This document shows positions 1 to 12,690 of a DNA stretch of 64,000 nt, one piece after another. The position numbers were made by a program, and so were the translations under genes. The stretch is taken from assembly GCA_051313645.2 (NCBI GenBank), contig JBNRSN020000004.1, forward strand, positions 258,912,001-258,976,000, written 5' to 3'. The notes below the pieces were generated by a model. That model was not told the origin of the DNA, made no database searches, and saw nothing but the letters and a program-made list of their open reading frames with translations. This DNA is from Centroscyllium fabricii (lineage: Eukaryota). Within the stretch, counting starts at the first letter, position 1. The number at the start of each line of letters is the position of its first letter.

Positions 1-47
1 AACTTCAGAACTGGTTCCTCTGTGAGCAGTTTCTTTAGTTCGCTCCA

Positions 48-1322
48 TTACTTCTCATGCTCATGATTCCACTCCCATTGTATATTCTTTTCAGTTAGTC
101 TTCTCAGTGGCGACAGCTTTTCAGAGAGTTTGGATATGAATTTACCCATGTAGTTGACCATTCCATTAAACCTCTGCACATCCCTTTTGCATTGTGGCCT
201 TGGCATATTCTCAATGGCGGACACCTTTCTGGGATCTGGTCTGATGCCCTCACTGCTAAGGATATCTCCCACAAATGTCAGTTCTGTCACCCCGAGCTGG
301 AATTTCTCTCTATTCAGCTTCAGGTTTGTTTTCCTTGTTGCTTTCAGCACTTCTTTCAGTCTCTCGTCATGCTCAGTTCTCATGATTCCCCATACTATGA
401 TTTCATACCTTGAGGTATCAACTCCCTCCAGGTGCTCGTAGACCATATAGATAGTTTTGTGATACACTTCAGCAGCTGAGGCAATGCCAAATGGTAACCT
501 TAGGAATCTGTATCTGCCAAGTAGACCATTGAACGTGCACAGTCTTGAACTTGCTTCATCCAGTTTCAACTGCCAAAATCCTGATGATGCATCTTGCTTG
601 CTGAAATACTTTGCATTTGCAAACTGTGACATGATTTCCTCATGCGTCGGAAGCTCTCTCTTTATAGCTCTGTTTATATCTCTTGGATCCAGGCAAATTC
701 TGAGCTTTGCTTTCTTTTTGTCCACAACGACGATGGAACTCACCCACTCAGTTGGCTCATCTATCTTTTGAATCACGTTCAGGCTTTCTATCCTGTCCAA
801 CTCTGCCTTCAGTTGCTTCTGCCTAGCAAACAGAACTTTTCTGCATGGATGTATGATCGGTGGCACACTTTTATCTACTCTGATCATTTGTTCTCCTGGA
901 AGGCAGCCTAGACCCTGAAATAGGTTGTTGTACTCTTTCATGAGTTCATCATAGACTGTCTCTCCTTCGCTTTCCACAATGAGGACTCTCTTTACCAGGT
1001 TCAGTATCTCACAGGCTATTAAACCTAGGATGGCCTGCACATCCTTTGGCACCATGATGAATGCTAGCATGTATTCTCTGTCCTTGTGTGTCACTTTGAC
1101 AATGCATTTTCCTTGCACTGGTATATCGGTACCTGAGTATCCTGTCACTTTCACTTTTGTTCCATATATCTTTGGTTTGGGTCTAATTTTCTTTAAATCA
1201 GCCTCTGAAATCACATTAATTTGTGCTCCAGTATCAAATTGAAATGAAATGTGTATGTCATTCACTTTTAATCTCAACATGCAGTCTATGTTTTCTTTCT
1301 TGTTTTCAGACACAACATCCAC
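48..1322 (-). pseudogene. Gypsy A pol fragment (aspartic protease + reverse transcriptase), catalytic YxDD degenerated
   Basis: 424-aa ORF with DTGA, LRICLDP, DASSGFWQL and LPFG. The expected xxDD reads SRYEI, and there is a premature stop. Confidence 0.85.
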
Positions 1323-1462
1323 ATAGAACTCCTCTATCTCCCTTTCATCTACTGCATGGACCTTGCTTTGTTGCGCTTGGTACTTACTGCAACGGGCATA
1401 ATGGTTGTTTTTGTAGCAAATATTGCATGTTTTATCATATGCTGGACACTCTTTTGGTAGGT

Positions 1463-1988
1463 TTTTATAAGGGTTATACTATTTATTTTTTTGGTTACTT
1501 AATATTTATTTTCTTTAGTTTCTTTTCCTTTTTTTTGTGATGTTGGTGTTATATCGGTAATTAAATTGTAGTAATTATCTATATTGGCATATGATTGTTA
1601 TATATTTATTGTAACAATTATCTGTTAATATATTATATTGGCATATAATAATAATGTAATGCTGTATATGGATAATATAATGACAATGTAATATATTAAA
1701 ATAATAATATAGTATGTAATAATATAGAATATAAATTACTATATATTTGTGAGATGATGTAAGGAAGCTTGTAATTTTATTGATCTATGGAGAAGGGGTG
1801 GGAGTTAATAAGTTATACTTCTTCTCACTCCTTTTCAGATATGTAAATGTATTTTGTTCATTTTGATTGAAAAAATAGCTTGTTTTTTTTAAATATGTTT
1901 TTCTTTGTATCTTGTTTTCTTTTTTTTTAAACATATTTGAAATAAACATTATAGAATAATAATAATAATATAATAATAATAATAATAA
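1463..1988 (+). mobile_element. 5'-truncated non-LTR retrotransposon 3' UTR with (AAT)n tail, inserted in Gypsy A gag
   Basis: AT-rich block flanked by TAGGT direct repeats (1458-1462, 1989-1993). It ends in AATAAA-like signals and (AAT)n, and contains the hairpin GGGGTGGGAG...CTCACTCC. It splits the gag zinc knuckle. Confidence 0.65.
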
Positions 1989-2803
1989 TAGGTGTTCTGT
2001 ACCGCATTGACTACATGGCTTTCGATTGCCCCTTTCATTTTTGTTCACTGGCCATGCCTCTTTTTTCACGTTGGCGCTCTTTTTGTTAAATGGTTTGTAT
2101 CCGTTCTTTCTCACTGCATCCACGTTGCAGCTACTTTCACTGAACAACTCCTTTGCCTGCAACTTCACAGTCTCTGTTGCCCTACAGAGTGCTATGGCTT
2201 TTCCCAGATCAAGATTTTGCTCTTTTAGCAGTCTTTACCTTAGACTATTATCTGGAATACCACACAAAAGTCTATCTTTTATCAGTCAGTCTGTCAGTCC
2301 ACCAAATTCACACGATTTGCTTCTATTTCTCAGTTCAGTCACATACTGATCAATAGTTTCTACTGTTTTCTGTACACGTAAAAAATCTGTGCCTCTCAAA
2401 CATCACGTTCCATTTAGGTATGCAGTATGCCTCAAACTGTCCCATTATTTTATCCAGTTTCATTTTGTCTCCATTAGCACTGAATGTCAGGCTATTATAC
2501 ACCTCCAGCACTTCATCACGCATGACATGTAAGAACACTGACGCTTTCATTTTATCACTTTTCTCATCAGCTCCGACTGCCGCTAAATACAATTCAAAAT
2601 GTTGTTTGAATCTGTTCCAATTTTCAGCCACATTACCTGTCAATTGAAGTTTCGCCGGTGGGTGTAACCTTTCCATTTTTCACTTTGTTAGCTATTCTCT
2701 AAAGCTAAATAACGATGTTCTCTTTTTGCTTGCTAATATGTGGAGAACTGATTTCGCTAGTTAGTTGCTAACTTCAGATTTTTTCTTTTCATTTCCTCAA
2801 TCG

Positions 2804-2817
2804 CACTTCTGACACCA
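2804..2817 (-). promoter_or_regulatory. Primer binding site of Gypsy A (tRNA-Leu-like)
   Basis: Minus strand reads TGGTGTCAGAAGTG immediately after the LTR-terminal CA. It is complementary to a tRNA 3' CCA end. Confidence 0.75.
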
Positions 2818-3122
2818 TGTTTCGTTTTGTATTTGTGGGTTTCAAGACTACACATTAATGAAGGAGAATGTTGTTTAATTGAAAGTATATACAAGTAACT
2901 TACAGCTTTAACATAAGGCTTTTACACAGGCTTTACAGAGTCTCCATCTTAGAGATTCAACTTAAACTGAAACAAAAACTGACTCATACAGCACTGGCTT
3001 CTTGTCACATGACCTCTGCTGGCCAGGCATGGATAATCAAACAGGCAACAATGATCCTTCTGTTTGCAAGGCATAGATAGTCAAACAAGCAAACATGATC
3101 ACTGTTTGCTGATATCATGACA
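2818..3122 (-). repeat. 5' LTR of Gypsy A
   Basis: Minus strand starts TGTCATGATATC and ends ...AAACA at the PBS. The pol of a different element resumes at 3123. Confidence 0.7.
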
Positions 3123-5813
3123 GAAGGGGAGTCAGGTCTGACTGCAGTTTTAATCAAACATGCAGAACTCTTAAATGGTGAACTTGGGAGCATGAAAAAG
3201 ATAAGCGTGTGACTGTACATTAAACCTGACAGCAAACTGAAGTTTCACAAAGCCCCCTGTACCCTATGCAATTAGGCCAAAAGTTGAGGCTAACTTGGAG
3301 GCCTTAGTCGGGAAGGGAGTCCTGGAGCCTCTGAGCATGAGCAAATGGGCTACACCCATTGTTCCTGTCCTAAAAAAGGATGGATCTATTCGAATCTGCG
3401 GGGATTTTAAATTTACTATTAACCTGGTGCTGTTGGCAGAACAGTACCCTCTTCCCCTCATTGGTGATCTATTTACAGGCCTGGCTGGAGGGCAAATGTT
3501 CAGCAAAATCGACTTATGCCAGGCTTATCTACAAATGCATGTAGATGACAAATCAAAGGAGCTGCTGACAATTGTGACACACAAGGGGCTATACAGGTAC
3601 CGCTGCCTTCCATTTGGAATTACATCGGCCCCTGCTGTATTCCAAAGGGCAATGGATCAAATTTTGAGTGGACTGCCAGGAGTCCAGTGCTACCTGGATG
3701 ACATCCTTGTCACTGGAACGAATGAGGAGGATCATCTTCTGAATTTGAATCCGACACTACAGTGACTGAAAGAGTACGGACTCAGAATTCGTAAGGACAA
3801 ATGTGAATTCTTTCAGTCTTCTGTTGAATACCTGGGGCATGTGATTGACGCTACCGGCCTGCACAAGGGCCGTCAAAGGTCAAGGCGATCGTGCAGGCCC
3901 CAGCATCCCAGAATGTGAGCCAGTTACATTCATTCCTGGGGCTATTTAACTATTATGGAAAGTTTATTCCAAACTTAGCAACATTGCTGAAGCCATTACA
4001 CCAGTTGCTATGTCAAGGCAAAACATGGAAATGAACTGCGCTGTGCAATGAAACTTTCGCCCAAGCAAAGAAAGCATTGCTGAAGTCAGAAGTCCTGACA
4101 CACTTTGACCCAAAGCTACCCTTGCAACTAGCATGTGATGCATCACCATATGGGGTGGGAGCAGTCATATCCCACATCATGCCTTCTGGTGAAGAGCAAC
4201 CTATCGCCTTCGCATCACGCACCTTGAACAAGGCTGAGAGTAACTATGCACAGATTGAGTGCAAGGCATTGGGAATCGTTTTTGGAATTCGAAAATTACA
4301 TCAGTACTTGTTTGGGAGAAGGTTCACACTCCTAATGGAACATCGTCCCTTGACATCAATCTTTGGGCCCCACACCGGAATTCCGTCTCTTGCTGCAAGC
4401 AGGATGCAAAGATGGGCTTTGCTATTGTCGGGATACACATACGACATCAAATGTCGTAAATCAGAATTGCACGGCAATGCAGATGGTCTCTCGAGGCTGC
4501 CCTCGCCTATTACTCACCCAGAGCCTCATCAGATAGACATCTTCTACTTCAGACAAGTTGAAGGAGCACCTGTCACTGCAGCCCAGGTGTGAAGGCACAC
4601 CCACAACAATCCAGTTCTGTCTGAGGTAATGGACGATGTCATTCGAGGGAGAGCTATAGGAGATTCTCCTCAGTTGAAACCTTAGGTTTCAAAAAGAAAT
4701 GAGCTCTCTGTCCAGGCAGGTTGTCTTCTCTGAGGACACCGTGTCATCATTCTGCCACCTCTGAAGGAAACTGTACTGCAACAACTTCATGCAGGTCACA
4801 GTGGAATGGTTCGGATGAAGGAAATGGTCAGAAGCTACTTCTGGTAGCCAGGTCTCGATGGAAACTTTGAGGAGAAAGCCAAAAGATGTTCTCCATGTCA
4901 AAGGGTCTGGAATGTACCACAGCTGGGACACCTATACCCCTGGGATTGGCCTGAAGAAGTGTGGCAGTGCGTACATGTGGACTTCCCCGGTCCTTTCGAA
5001 GAGAAGATGTTTATGGTGGTTGTGGATGCTTGGAGCAAGTGGCCGGAGGTCGCTGTGATGAGGTCTACCACAGCAGAGAAAACAATTGAGAAACTCGGTG
5101 AGATGTTCAGCCGTTATGGCTCACCAGAGCAACTCGAAAGTGACAAGGGTCCACAATTTGTGTCACAGGAGTTTGCAATTTTCCTGCAAGTGAATGGTGT
5201 CCAACACATCAGGTCTGCACCCTACCATCCCTCTATTAACAGCCTGGCAGAAAGGTTCATGCAAACCTTGAAGCACGGCTTGAAGGCATCGCAAGGTCAG
5301 GGCTCAATCCACCAACGCCTGAACAGATTCCTGTTGTCCAGCAGGAACGAGCCGCATGCCAGTACCAAAACTTCCCCCGCTTCACTCATGATGAAGAGGC
5401 ATTTGCGGACTAGTTTTGACATACTCAAACCTCCAAGGACAGAGCAGGTTGTCCAACGTCAAGAAGAAGCTCAAGTTGAAAGAAGGGAGATAAGAACCAA
5501 GGAGAGACAGTTTCATCCTGGAGAGCAAGTCCTAGCTCGAAACTACAACACTGGACAGAAATGGGTTCCTGCTACGGTGATCATGCAGATGGGCCCTGTG
5601 TCGTACATGATTGAGACTGCTGAGGACATCATCTGGAGAAGACACACTGATCAACTGTTGCTAGGAGCAGAGACAGCCAACGAGGCTCCAAAGGCTGATC
5701 AAACTGAACTGTTTCCGGATGACACCACAAACAAGTATCCTTCTGCACAGTGCTCTTCTCCAACACAGGAAGTTAAAGAGACTGTTCCACCTGTACAAAC
5801 TCCTGACTTTTGA
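3123..5813 (+). pseudogene. Gypsy B pol (RT-RNase H-integrase) broken by stops and frameshifts
   Basis: Three ORF fragments in canonical Gypsy order with recognisable catalytic motifs. Confidence 0.85.
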
Positions 5814-6084
5814 CTAACACAGGCACCTTCTCCATCCAGTCCTGTGTCAATGTCTACTGTTGTTGAAGCCAGCGATGCTCGCCAGTATCCTGTCAGAGAG
5901 CGGTGGCCTCCAAGACGCTTGGATATGTAGGCTTAGCGACTTACCCACAAGAATGGACAGAATAAACCCCACGGTAAAGTCAGGGTTAGAGGCAGTCTAC
6001 CTCTACCCTTAGTTAGTTGAGTGCATTCGAAGTAATTTACTTGTTGAGGAATAATGTGTCATTTTATTTAAGGAGGGAGGAATA

Positions 6085-6278
6085 TGTTATGTATGATGTG
6101 TATGTATGTGTTATCCTCCCACCTGTGGTGGCGCTGCTACAGCACTGCACAGCCATGTGGTTCTTTTACTTTTTAGTTTCAGTTTCTCTTTTAACTGTTG
6201 ATTAAACTGGACAGCTTTTTATAGCTTGCTAGTTTGAATTATCTTTGTGTTTAAGTAGATAGACTTAGATACAATACC
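6085..6278 (+). repeat. 3' LTR of Gypsy B (~190 bp)
   Basis: Follows the PPT. It starts TGTTATGTAT, contains ATTAAA, and ends ~ATACAATAC where Harbinger sequence resumes. Confidence 0.6.
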
Positions 6279-8325
6279 AAGGACACCAACGCAGCCTGGT
6301 TGCACATTGCACAGGAGAGCACAAGTAGGGATGTCCTCAGGAGGACCAGGCTGCAGTGCCACAAACTTTTCAACAATCTCAGTAGATCATGAATCATTAC
6401 TGCAAAGCCACACTCAACTTCATTCTGCTGTGCCTCTCATCACATCCACATCACTGTGCCTTCCCTACCCTACTCCTGCACATCCTTACTCACACCAACT
6501 TACCTTGCACCTCCACCCATTGCTCTCTATCTACATTATCACTTCCCCATCTGACTCACCACCCCCCACACTCACCCTCATGTCACTAACAACACCCAAG
6601 AGTGGGCACTTGGGTGTTTTAGCCAATGTTCATGTAAAGTTTCTGTTAATGTGGTGTCAAACATTGAAACCTTTATTTTCAACCTCCTCCTCCTCCTCTG
6701 AAGAGGCTGTGCTCTCTGAGTCTTGTTTCTCATCCAGCGCTAATCCTTGCCGCATGGCAATGTTGTGCAGGGCACAGCAGACAATGACAATTCTGGAGAC
6801 ACTGGCCGGTGTGTACTGTAGAGCTCCACCAGATCTGTCCAGGATCTGAAGTGCTTTTTGAGCAACCCTATTGTTTGTTCTTTGAGACTTCTGGTGGAAA
6901 TGTGGCTTTGATTGTAATGCTCCTCAGACTCCTTTGATGGCCTCCTAAACAGTGTCATTAGGCACGTCTTCAGGAGATAGCCCTTATCTTCAAGGAGCCA
7001 GCCAGAACATTTGTTTGGTGGAGTGAAGAGCTGAGGGACAGTGGACTGGCGCAGGTTGTAAGAGTCATGGCAGCTGCCAGGGAACTTGGCGCACATATGC
7101 ATGATGCTCTTCCTATGGTTGCATACCAGCTACGCATTAAGGGAGTGGAAGCCCTTGCGGTTGACAAATACTGCTGGGTTCTGATGGGGTGCCCTGATGG
7201 CCACATATATGCAGTCGATGATGCCCTGCATCCATGGGAAGCCAGCCAGATTGACTAAGCTGAGCTCCCGCTCTGTGACACTGGCTTCATCAGTGGAAAA
7301 GTGGATGTAATTGGTGGACTTGTCAAAGAGGGCATCAGTGACCTGCATGATACATTTGTGTGCAGCTAACTGGGAGATGTCACTAATGTCTGCTGCTGAT
7401 CCTTGGAAGGAGCCTGATGCAAAGACATTGAGGGCGGTGGTGACTTTGACAGACACTGGTAAGGCATGTCCACCTGCTCCTCTGGGCTGCAGGTCTTAAT
7501 CTAGTATTGCACAAATGTCTGTGATAGCCTCTCGCAAAAGCCTCAGACTCCTTTGGCACTGCTGCTCAGTCATGTTGAGGGAGCGTATCCTCTGCCTGTA
7601 AACCCAGTGTTAATGGTATCTCCTGTGGTGCGGTGCAGCCGTGTGCTAATGGCCTCTGCCCTGTGCAGCATCGGGTGGTTGAGGAGAAGGTTGGCGCTCT
7701 TGTTGTTGGTGCTGCTGGTGGGCCTGGTTCTGCTGGTGCTGCGGTTTATCCTCTTCAGATTCTGAGATCCAGGATGAGAGAGTATAAATCATTCCCATTC
7801 TGCTGTTATATATGGTAGTTGAGGATGTGATGTTATAAGCATTCAATCAATGGGGTAGAGGTTATTCCAAGGAGGTGACAGTGCATATAGATTAGCACCA
7901 CACAGTTACAGCCTCAAGGCAGATTAAATGTGTCTTCCCAATCCTGAAATCAGCAACTTCTGACATTTGAAAGTGAACACATGTGAGAGTTCAGTTTTTA
8001 TACTGCAGTTGCATCTGTGAGCTATTCAGCTCGTTGGTACTCCTGACATACTCACCTGACATGATCTCCAAATGTCGTGAAACCCTTTCAACATGTGGGA
8101 AAATAGGAAAAGGCTGTCAAAATAGCAGTTAAGAAGCACTTAACAAGGAGTTAAGCATCTTAAATCCGTCACCCACTGCTTGGTGTCGGGTCTGTTCTGA
8201 AATCGCAGACCCAACATTTTGGAAACTCACACGAGGCGGGATCATGGCGGGTTCCCAACCCACCATCAATCAATTCAAATTTAACAGCTGACTCACCTAG
8301 AGAAATTTTTCAGAAAATTGTGGCA
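6279..8325. mobile_element. Harbinger/PIF DNA transposon copy 1 (Myb/SANT fragment on +, DDE transposase on -), left part interrupted by Gypsy B
   Basis: Plus strand reads DTNAAWLHIAQESTSRDVLRRTRLQCHKLFNNL (trihelix Myb/SANT-like). Minus-strand HARBI1-like ORFs are present. The 3' region is homologous to copies 2 and 3. Confidence 0.85.
6740..7700 (-). pseudogene. Harbinger DDE transposase (HARBI1-like), frameshifted
   Basis: Motifs [68 protein letters not shown]. Confidence 0.88.
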
Positions 8326-8522
8326 TCCCAGTGGCCAGATTGCACCATCAAAGTGATCAGCTTACACAGGCAAAATGCATTATAAATGTGGACATATAAA
8401 CTTATAATAGGAAAAATTACACAAAAGTATGACAAAAACATGACAACATGATGTTAATTAGCAAAGTCATAAAATACAGGCAGACAAACAATTTCAACAT
8501 ATTACAGATATAGAGATATATA

Positions 8523-10289
8523 GGTCGCGATTTCGCCTACCTCAGCCGCCTCAGTGTGGCTGAGGTAGGTGGCGGGTTGCAATGCCGCTCCCGGTTCCAT
8601 CCCACTCTGTGAGTAATTTTCCATTAATTGGGTTTGTTAAGCCCGCCCTGCAAGGTTCCCGGCCAATTAAAAGGAAGCAGATCTGATTATGTAATTTGAT
8701 GACAGGTCATCAGCCGGTTTCCTTTAAGGGACCATGTATACATTGATTTTAACAGTTGATCTGTCAATGTTCTGCAGCATTGACATGCAGCAAACACTGA
8801 CAAGCACTGCACAGAGGAGGACGGCTGCACCCGGGATCTTCCATGGCTCCCTCTATATACTTATGGAGGGAGTCACAGCACGCAGAGAGGTTCTGTTCCC
8901 TTCCAATGGGCGGAAGAAACCTCCCCAGGAGATCACCGCAGTCTGTTTGCACATTGCACAGGAGGACACAAGCAGAGATGTTGTCAGGATGACCAGGCTG
9001 TAGTGGCGCAAACCTTTCAATGACCTCAGTTGATCACGAAACATTACTGCAAAGCCACACTCAACCTCATCCTGTTGTACCACTCAGCACATCCCCATCA
9101 CTCTGCCTTCCCTACCCTACTCCTGAACATCCTTACTCACACCAACGTACCTTGCACCTCCACCCACCTCTCTCTCTCTCTACTTCATCACATCCCCATC
9201 TCACGAGCCACCCCACACACTCGCCCTCATCCTTGTCCAATCAAACCAACTAACAACACACAAGGATAGGCACTTGGGTGTTTTCACCAATGTTCATGTA
9301 AAATTTCTGTTGATGTGTTGTCAAACATTGAAATCTTTATTTTCCACGCTTTGCCTTCTTGGATAGATTTGTGTGCGCCTTTGGAAGTGGCTTAGTGAGC
9401 TGTAGTGAATGGTGAGACATAACGTTACCCCACGCAAAGGTGATGAGTATGAAAGGAATGGCGTGGGCACTGCAGTGATGTTTTATGGTGCTGGTGTGAG
9501 GTGGTACCAACTTGGCTCTTGATGTGGCTTCCAGGGTGTACAGCATCAAGTGAAGTAAATCTAGCCATGGTGAGGCCATCCCTGGCCCCCCGGGCAGCAA
9601 TTTTTTGGATGCCCTGTGTCCTGTGCAGCAACAGCTGATTGCGGAGGAGGTTGGTGCTGATTTTGGTGTGCCTGGTGATGTTGGGGCTCTACGTGTCGGG
9701 ATTCTGAGGACCAAGGTGATATTTTTTTCAAGGGTATCGATGCTGCTGGGCTAGATGGCAGCTGAAGTAGAGATGACAGAAGCAATCTGTCAATGGTGAG
9801 AGAGGTTGCTCCAAGGAGGGGACAGTGGATAGAGAGTTTACTCCAAATATTTTAAAACAGCATAAAGCTGAAAAGTGTATTCCAAATCCTGAAGGCTCCA
9901 GCTTCTAACAGTGGAACGTAAACAGCTGTGAAATTATAGATTTTATACCACTTTTGCAGCTGCCAACTATTCAGAGGAATGGAGTCATTGACAGCCTGAC
10001 CTACTTACCTGGCATGATCCCCGAGCACCTGGAACCTCGTGAAAAAGCTAGTAAAATGATAAGTACATGGTAGAATGGTGTTTAAGTACCTTCTAACAAG
10101 CTCTTAAGTATCTGAATTAGGTCAGCTGCTGCTTGGTGTCAGGCCTGTAAAGCGCAGACAGACCCGACACTTGGGAAACTGACATGGAGGCAGGTTGACA
10201 GCGGGATCCTGACCCACTGTCAATCTTTTCTATTTTGACAGCGGACCCGCCTCCAAACCCGCCCTCAGAGCGTTGGCAAAATTCCGGCC
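8523..10289. mobile_element. Harbinger non-autonomous deletion derivative, copy 2
   Basis: TIRs GGTCGCGATTTCGCC / GGCAAAATTCCGGCC with 3-bp TSD ATA. Myb/SANT exon at 8785-9030 (AAPGIF...REVLFPSNGRKKPP...LHIAQE). Extensive similarity to 6279-8300. Confidence 0.85.
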
Positions 10290-10814
10290 ATAGTTTCTCT
10301 ATCAGTAAACCAACCAAAACAAAATAAGTTATATCGGAAGTAATAATAAATTAGAAAGTGTTACAAACTATTACACTGAGGAGCCACTGTACATATGAAC
10401 ACATCACAATATAACTTGTACCAAATGATTCTGGACATTGAAGATCAGCAGCTCCAAAATCAGCTGAAATTCACATTACACTGTATGATGTCGCTCTCTC
10501 TCTTAGGTATGATGTAATTATTAGAACAATGATAACTTTCATTTATATAAAACCTTTAATGCGAGAAAATGTCTCAAGGCGATCCGTTGGAGTGTAATCA
10601 AACAAATATGATCACTGAGACAAAGCAACAGATATAACAAACTAAACAGACATCTGAGAGGTGGTCTTGTCAAGATGGGCAAGAAAGGGAATGGAAAAAG
10701 TACATCTGAAATATTACTTTAAACTAAATTGCAAGAATAAGAAAAGGGGACACAGCTTCAAACTACTTAAAGGTAAACTTCAGACTGGTATCTGGTTGTT
10801 CTTCTTCATGCAAA

Positions 10815-10962
10815 GGGGATATTTTTAATTTCTATCACCACATGAAAAATGTGTGATCGCAAATCGGCAGCCAATTTTGCACCAATAGGGCAAGGTGTAA
10901 AACGAGCTGCCATTTCGTTGTCACTTGTTTTTTGCCTGATGATAAAAGTTAATAATCCCCCC
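10815..10962. mobile_element. Small palindromic MITE inserted in an old CR1 fragment
   Basis: Termini GGGGATATTTT / AATAATCCCC with imperfect internal self-complementarity and AAA flanks. The flanking sequence rejoins as a CR1-like FFMQ|KVISTCN. Confidence 0.5.
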
Positions 10963-11199
10963 AAAAAGTGATCAGCACATGCAATGATGTTGCACTTAAA
11001 ATCATGGAGGCAATAACATTGGAATCATTTAAGAAATAATTGGATGCTAAACTGGGGGGACTTTAGAATCTTTCTAGATGGAAGATATTAAAAGTCGCTT
11101 CATGGCAACCTTGTTGATCATCAATCTGAAGGGATTTGGAACCAGAAGTGGAATCAACTTGGATTCCAAAACAGTATACATGAGTCAATGACTGAAATT

Positions 11200-12360
11200 A
11201 TTGTACTTTTTGCTGTTCACTTTCAATGTTTAGGTGATTTGGTAAAGCAATCAAAAAGCTAATAGAGTGCTAAATTATATAGTCAGCACAGTGGAATCCA
11301 AATCTCAAAAAGTTATTCTAAAACTTAATAATGTGCTGGTCAGACCACACTTTGCATGCTGGGACTTATACCCCAATTGGGCACCCGGTGGGAAGTAGCA
11401 CTCTCAGGAAGCGCAGGTCAGGATGTTATGTGACAGAAAATCAGGTTGTGCAGGCTTGCAGTTTCAAGAGTAGTGTTTCCTGTTAGTGCTGCTCCTTAGA
11501 AGGAGTGGCCAATTGGGGAAATCAGCTCTATTGTGTTCAGTTCTGGAATGCTGCACCATAAAAAAGGGTATACATGCAATGCAGTGCGTACAGAGAAAAG
11601 CAACCAATAGCAACAGCAACTTGCATTTATACAGCACCTTTGATGTAGTAAAAACCTCCCAAGGTGCTTCACAAGAGCATTATCAAACAAAATTTGACAG
11701 CGAGCCACATTAGGAAATATTAGGACAGGTGACCAAAAGCTTGGTCAAAGAGATAGGTTTTAAGGATAATCTTAAAGGAGGAGAGACAGATGGAGAGGCG
11801 GAGAGGTTTAGAGAAGGCCTAGGGCCTAGGCAGCTGAAAGCACAGCCCCCAATGGTGGAGCAATTAAAATCAGGGATGGGCAAATAGCCAGAATTGGAGG
11901 AGCACAGGGACCTCAGAGGGTTGTAGGGCTAGAGGAGGTTGCAGAGGTGGGGAGGGGTGAGGCCATGGAGGGATTTGAAACCAGACTGATGTCAAATCTA
12001 AATGGAATTAGTTATGAGACAAGATAAAAGTAGCTCAAGCTTTATATTCTAGCGAGAAGTCAGGTAAAAGAACTATACAAAATATTAAATGGTCTTGAGA
12101 AGGTAAACCCAGAATTCAACTTCAAAGGAAAATAAGGCCGAGGGACATAATTTCAATTGGTGAAAGTAATTTAAAATTGTTACTAGGGAGAAATTCTTCA
12201 CTCATACAAAGATAAATGTAGGAAATAATCTGCCTGGCTGGGTAGTAAGGAGAAAAAGATTAGAAATGTTCAAAATTCTAAGGCCAGAAAGTTAAGGTAA
12301 TAGAGAAATTAACTTCAATGGGCATAATGAGCATTTTATGCCCTTGACTTTTTCTTATAT
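11200..12360 (+). mobile_element. Old CR1 LINE 3' fragment, interrupted by younger insertions
   Basis: Degenerate CR1 ORF2 C-terminal motifs (KAIKKANRVL..., LVRPH, ..FFT..) and a CR1-like tail near 12320-12360. Confidence 0.55.
11609..11983 (-). mobile_element. L2 LINE 3' end
   Basis: Begins with the L2-type tail complement CAACAGCAACTTGCATTTATACAGCACCTTT...CCCAAGGTGCTTCACA. An older similar tail lies at ~10524-10680. Confidence 0.7.
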
Positions 12361-12404
12361 CCTTATTTGTTAGCATATTGTTAAAGAGTTCACAGAATCT
12401 AGTT

Positions 12405-12690
12405 TAAAAATAAAAACAGAAAGTTCTGGAAAGAGTATAACAAGTTTGTTAGCATTCAAAAGATTAGGACAGGTTAACATTTCAGTTCGGAACCTTCCGC
12501 AGAACATTTAAAAAACAAACTCTCAATGAAAAGATCAAGAAAAGGCAAGATGGAGGAGTCCAGAAGAGCAGGAAGGCTGGACCAGGAGAAGGGTTTCTAA
12601 TGAAAGGTCACACCTCAAATATTAACCTCTTTCACATGTTGACTGACCTGCTATGCATTCCAGCATTTTTTGCTTTTATTTCAGATTTAC
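12405..12690. mobile_element. Degenerate Penelope-like inverted pseudo-LTR remnant
   Basis: Inverted arms (AAATAAAAACAGAAAGTTCTGGAA ... TTCCAGCATTTTTTGCTTTTATTTCAGA) resemble the element at 22960-23150. Confidence 0.5.

Larger units (their letters stand above)
1..3122 (-). mobile_element. Ty3/Gypsy LTR retrotransposon A (decayed; 5' LTR, PBS, gag, protease-RT; runs off the window start)
   Basis: Minus-strand gag (MERLHPPAKLQLTGNVAENW..., 2350-2676), CCHC knuckles, protease FDTGA and RT motifs (EWVSSIVVV, RICLDPRDIN, RLPFGIASA) in 48-1322. LTR 2818-3122 has TG...CA ends and is followed by PBS TGGTGTCAGAAGTG. Confidence 0.9.
3123..6278 (+). mobile_element. Ty3/Gypsy LTR retrotransposon B (3' part: RT, RNase H, integrase, PPT, 3' LTR), decayed
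   Basis: RT 3295-3765 (WATPIVPV, LPFGITSAP, YLDD), RNase H 4077-4592 (CDASPYGVGAV) and integrase 4959-5813 (HVDF, VDAWSKW, SDKGPQF, AERF). PPT AAGGAGGGAGGAA ~6070-6082. LTR starts TGTTATGTAT at 6085. Confidence 0.9.
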
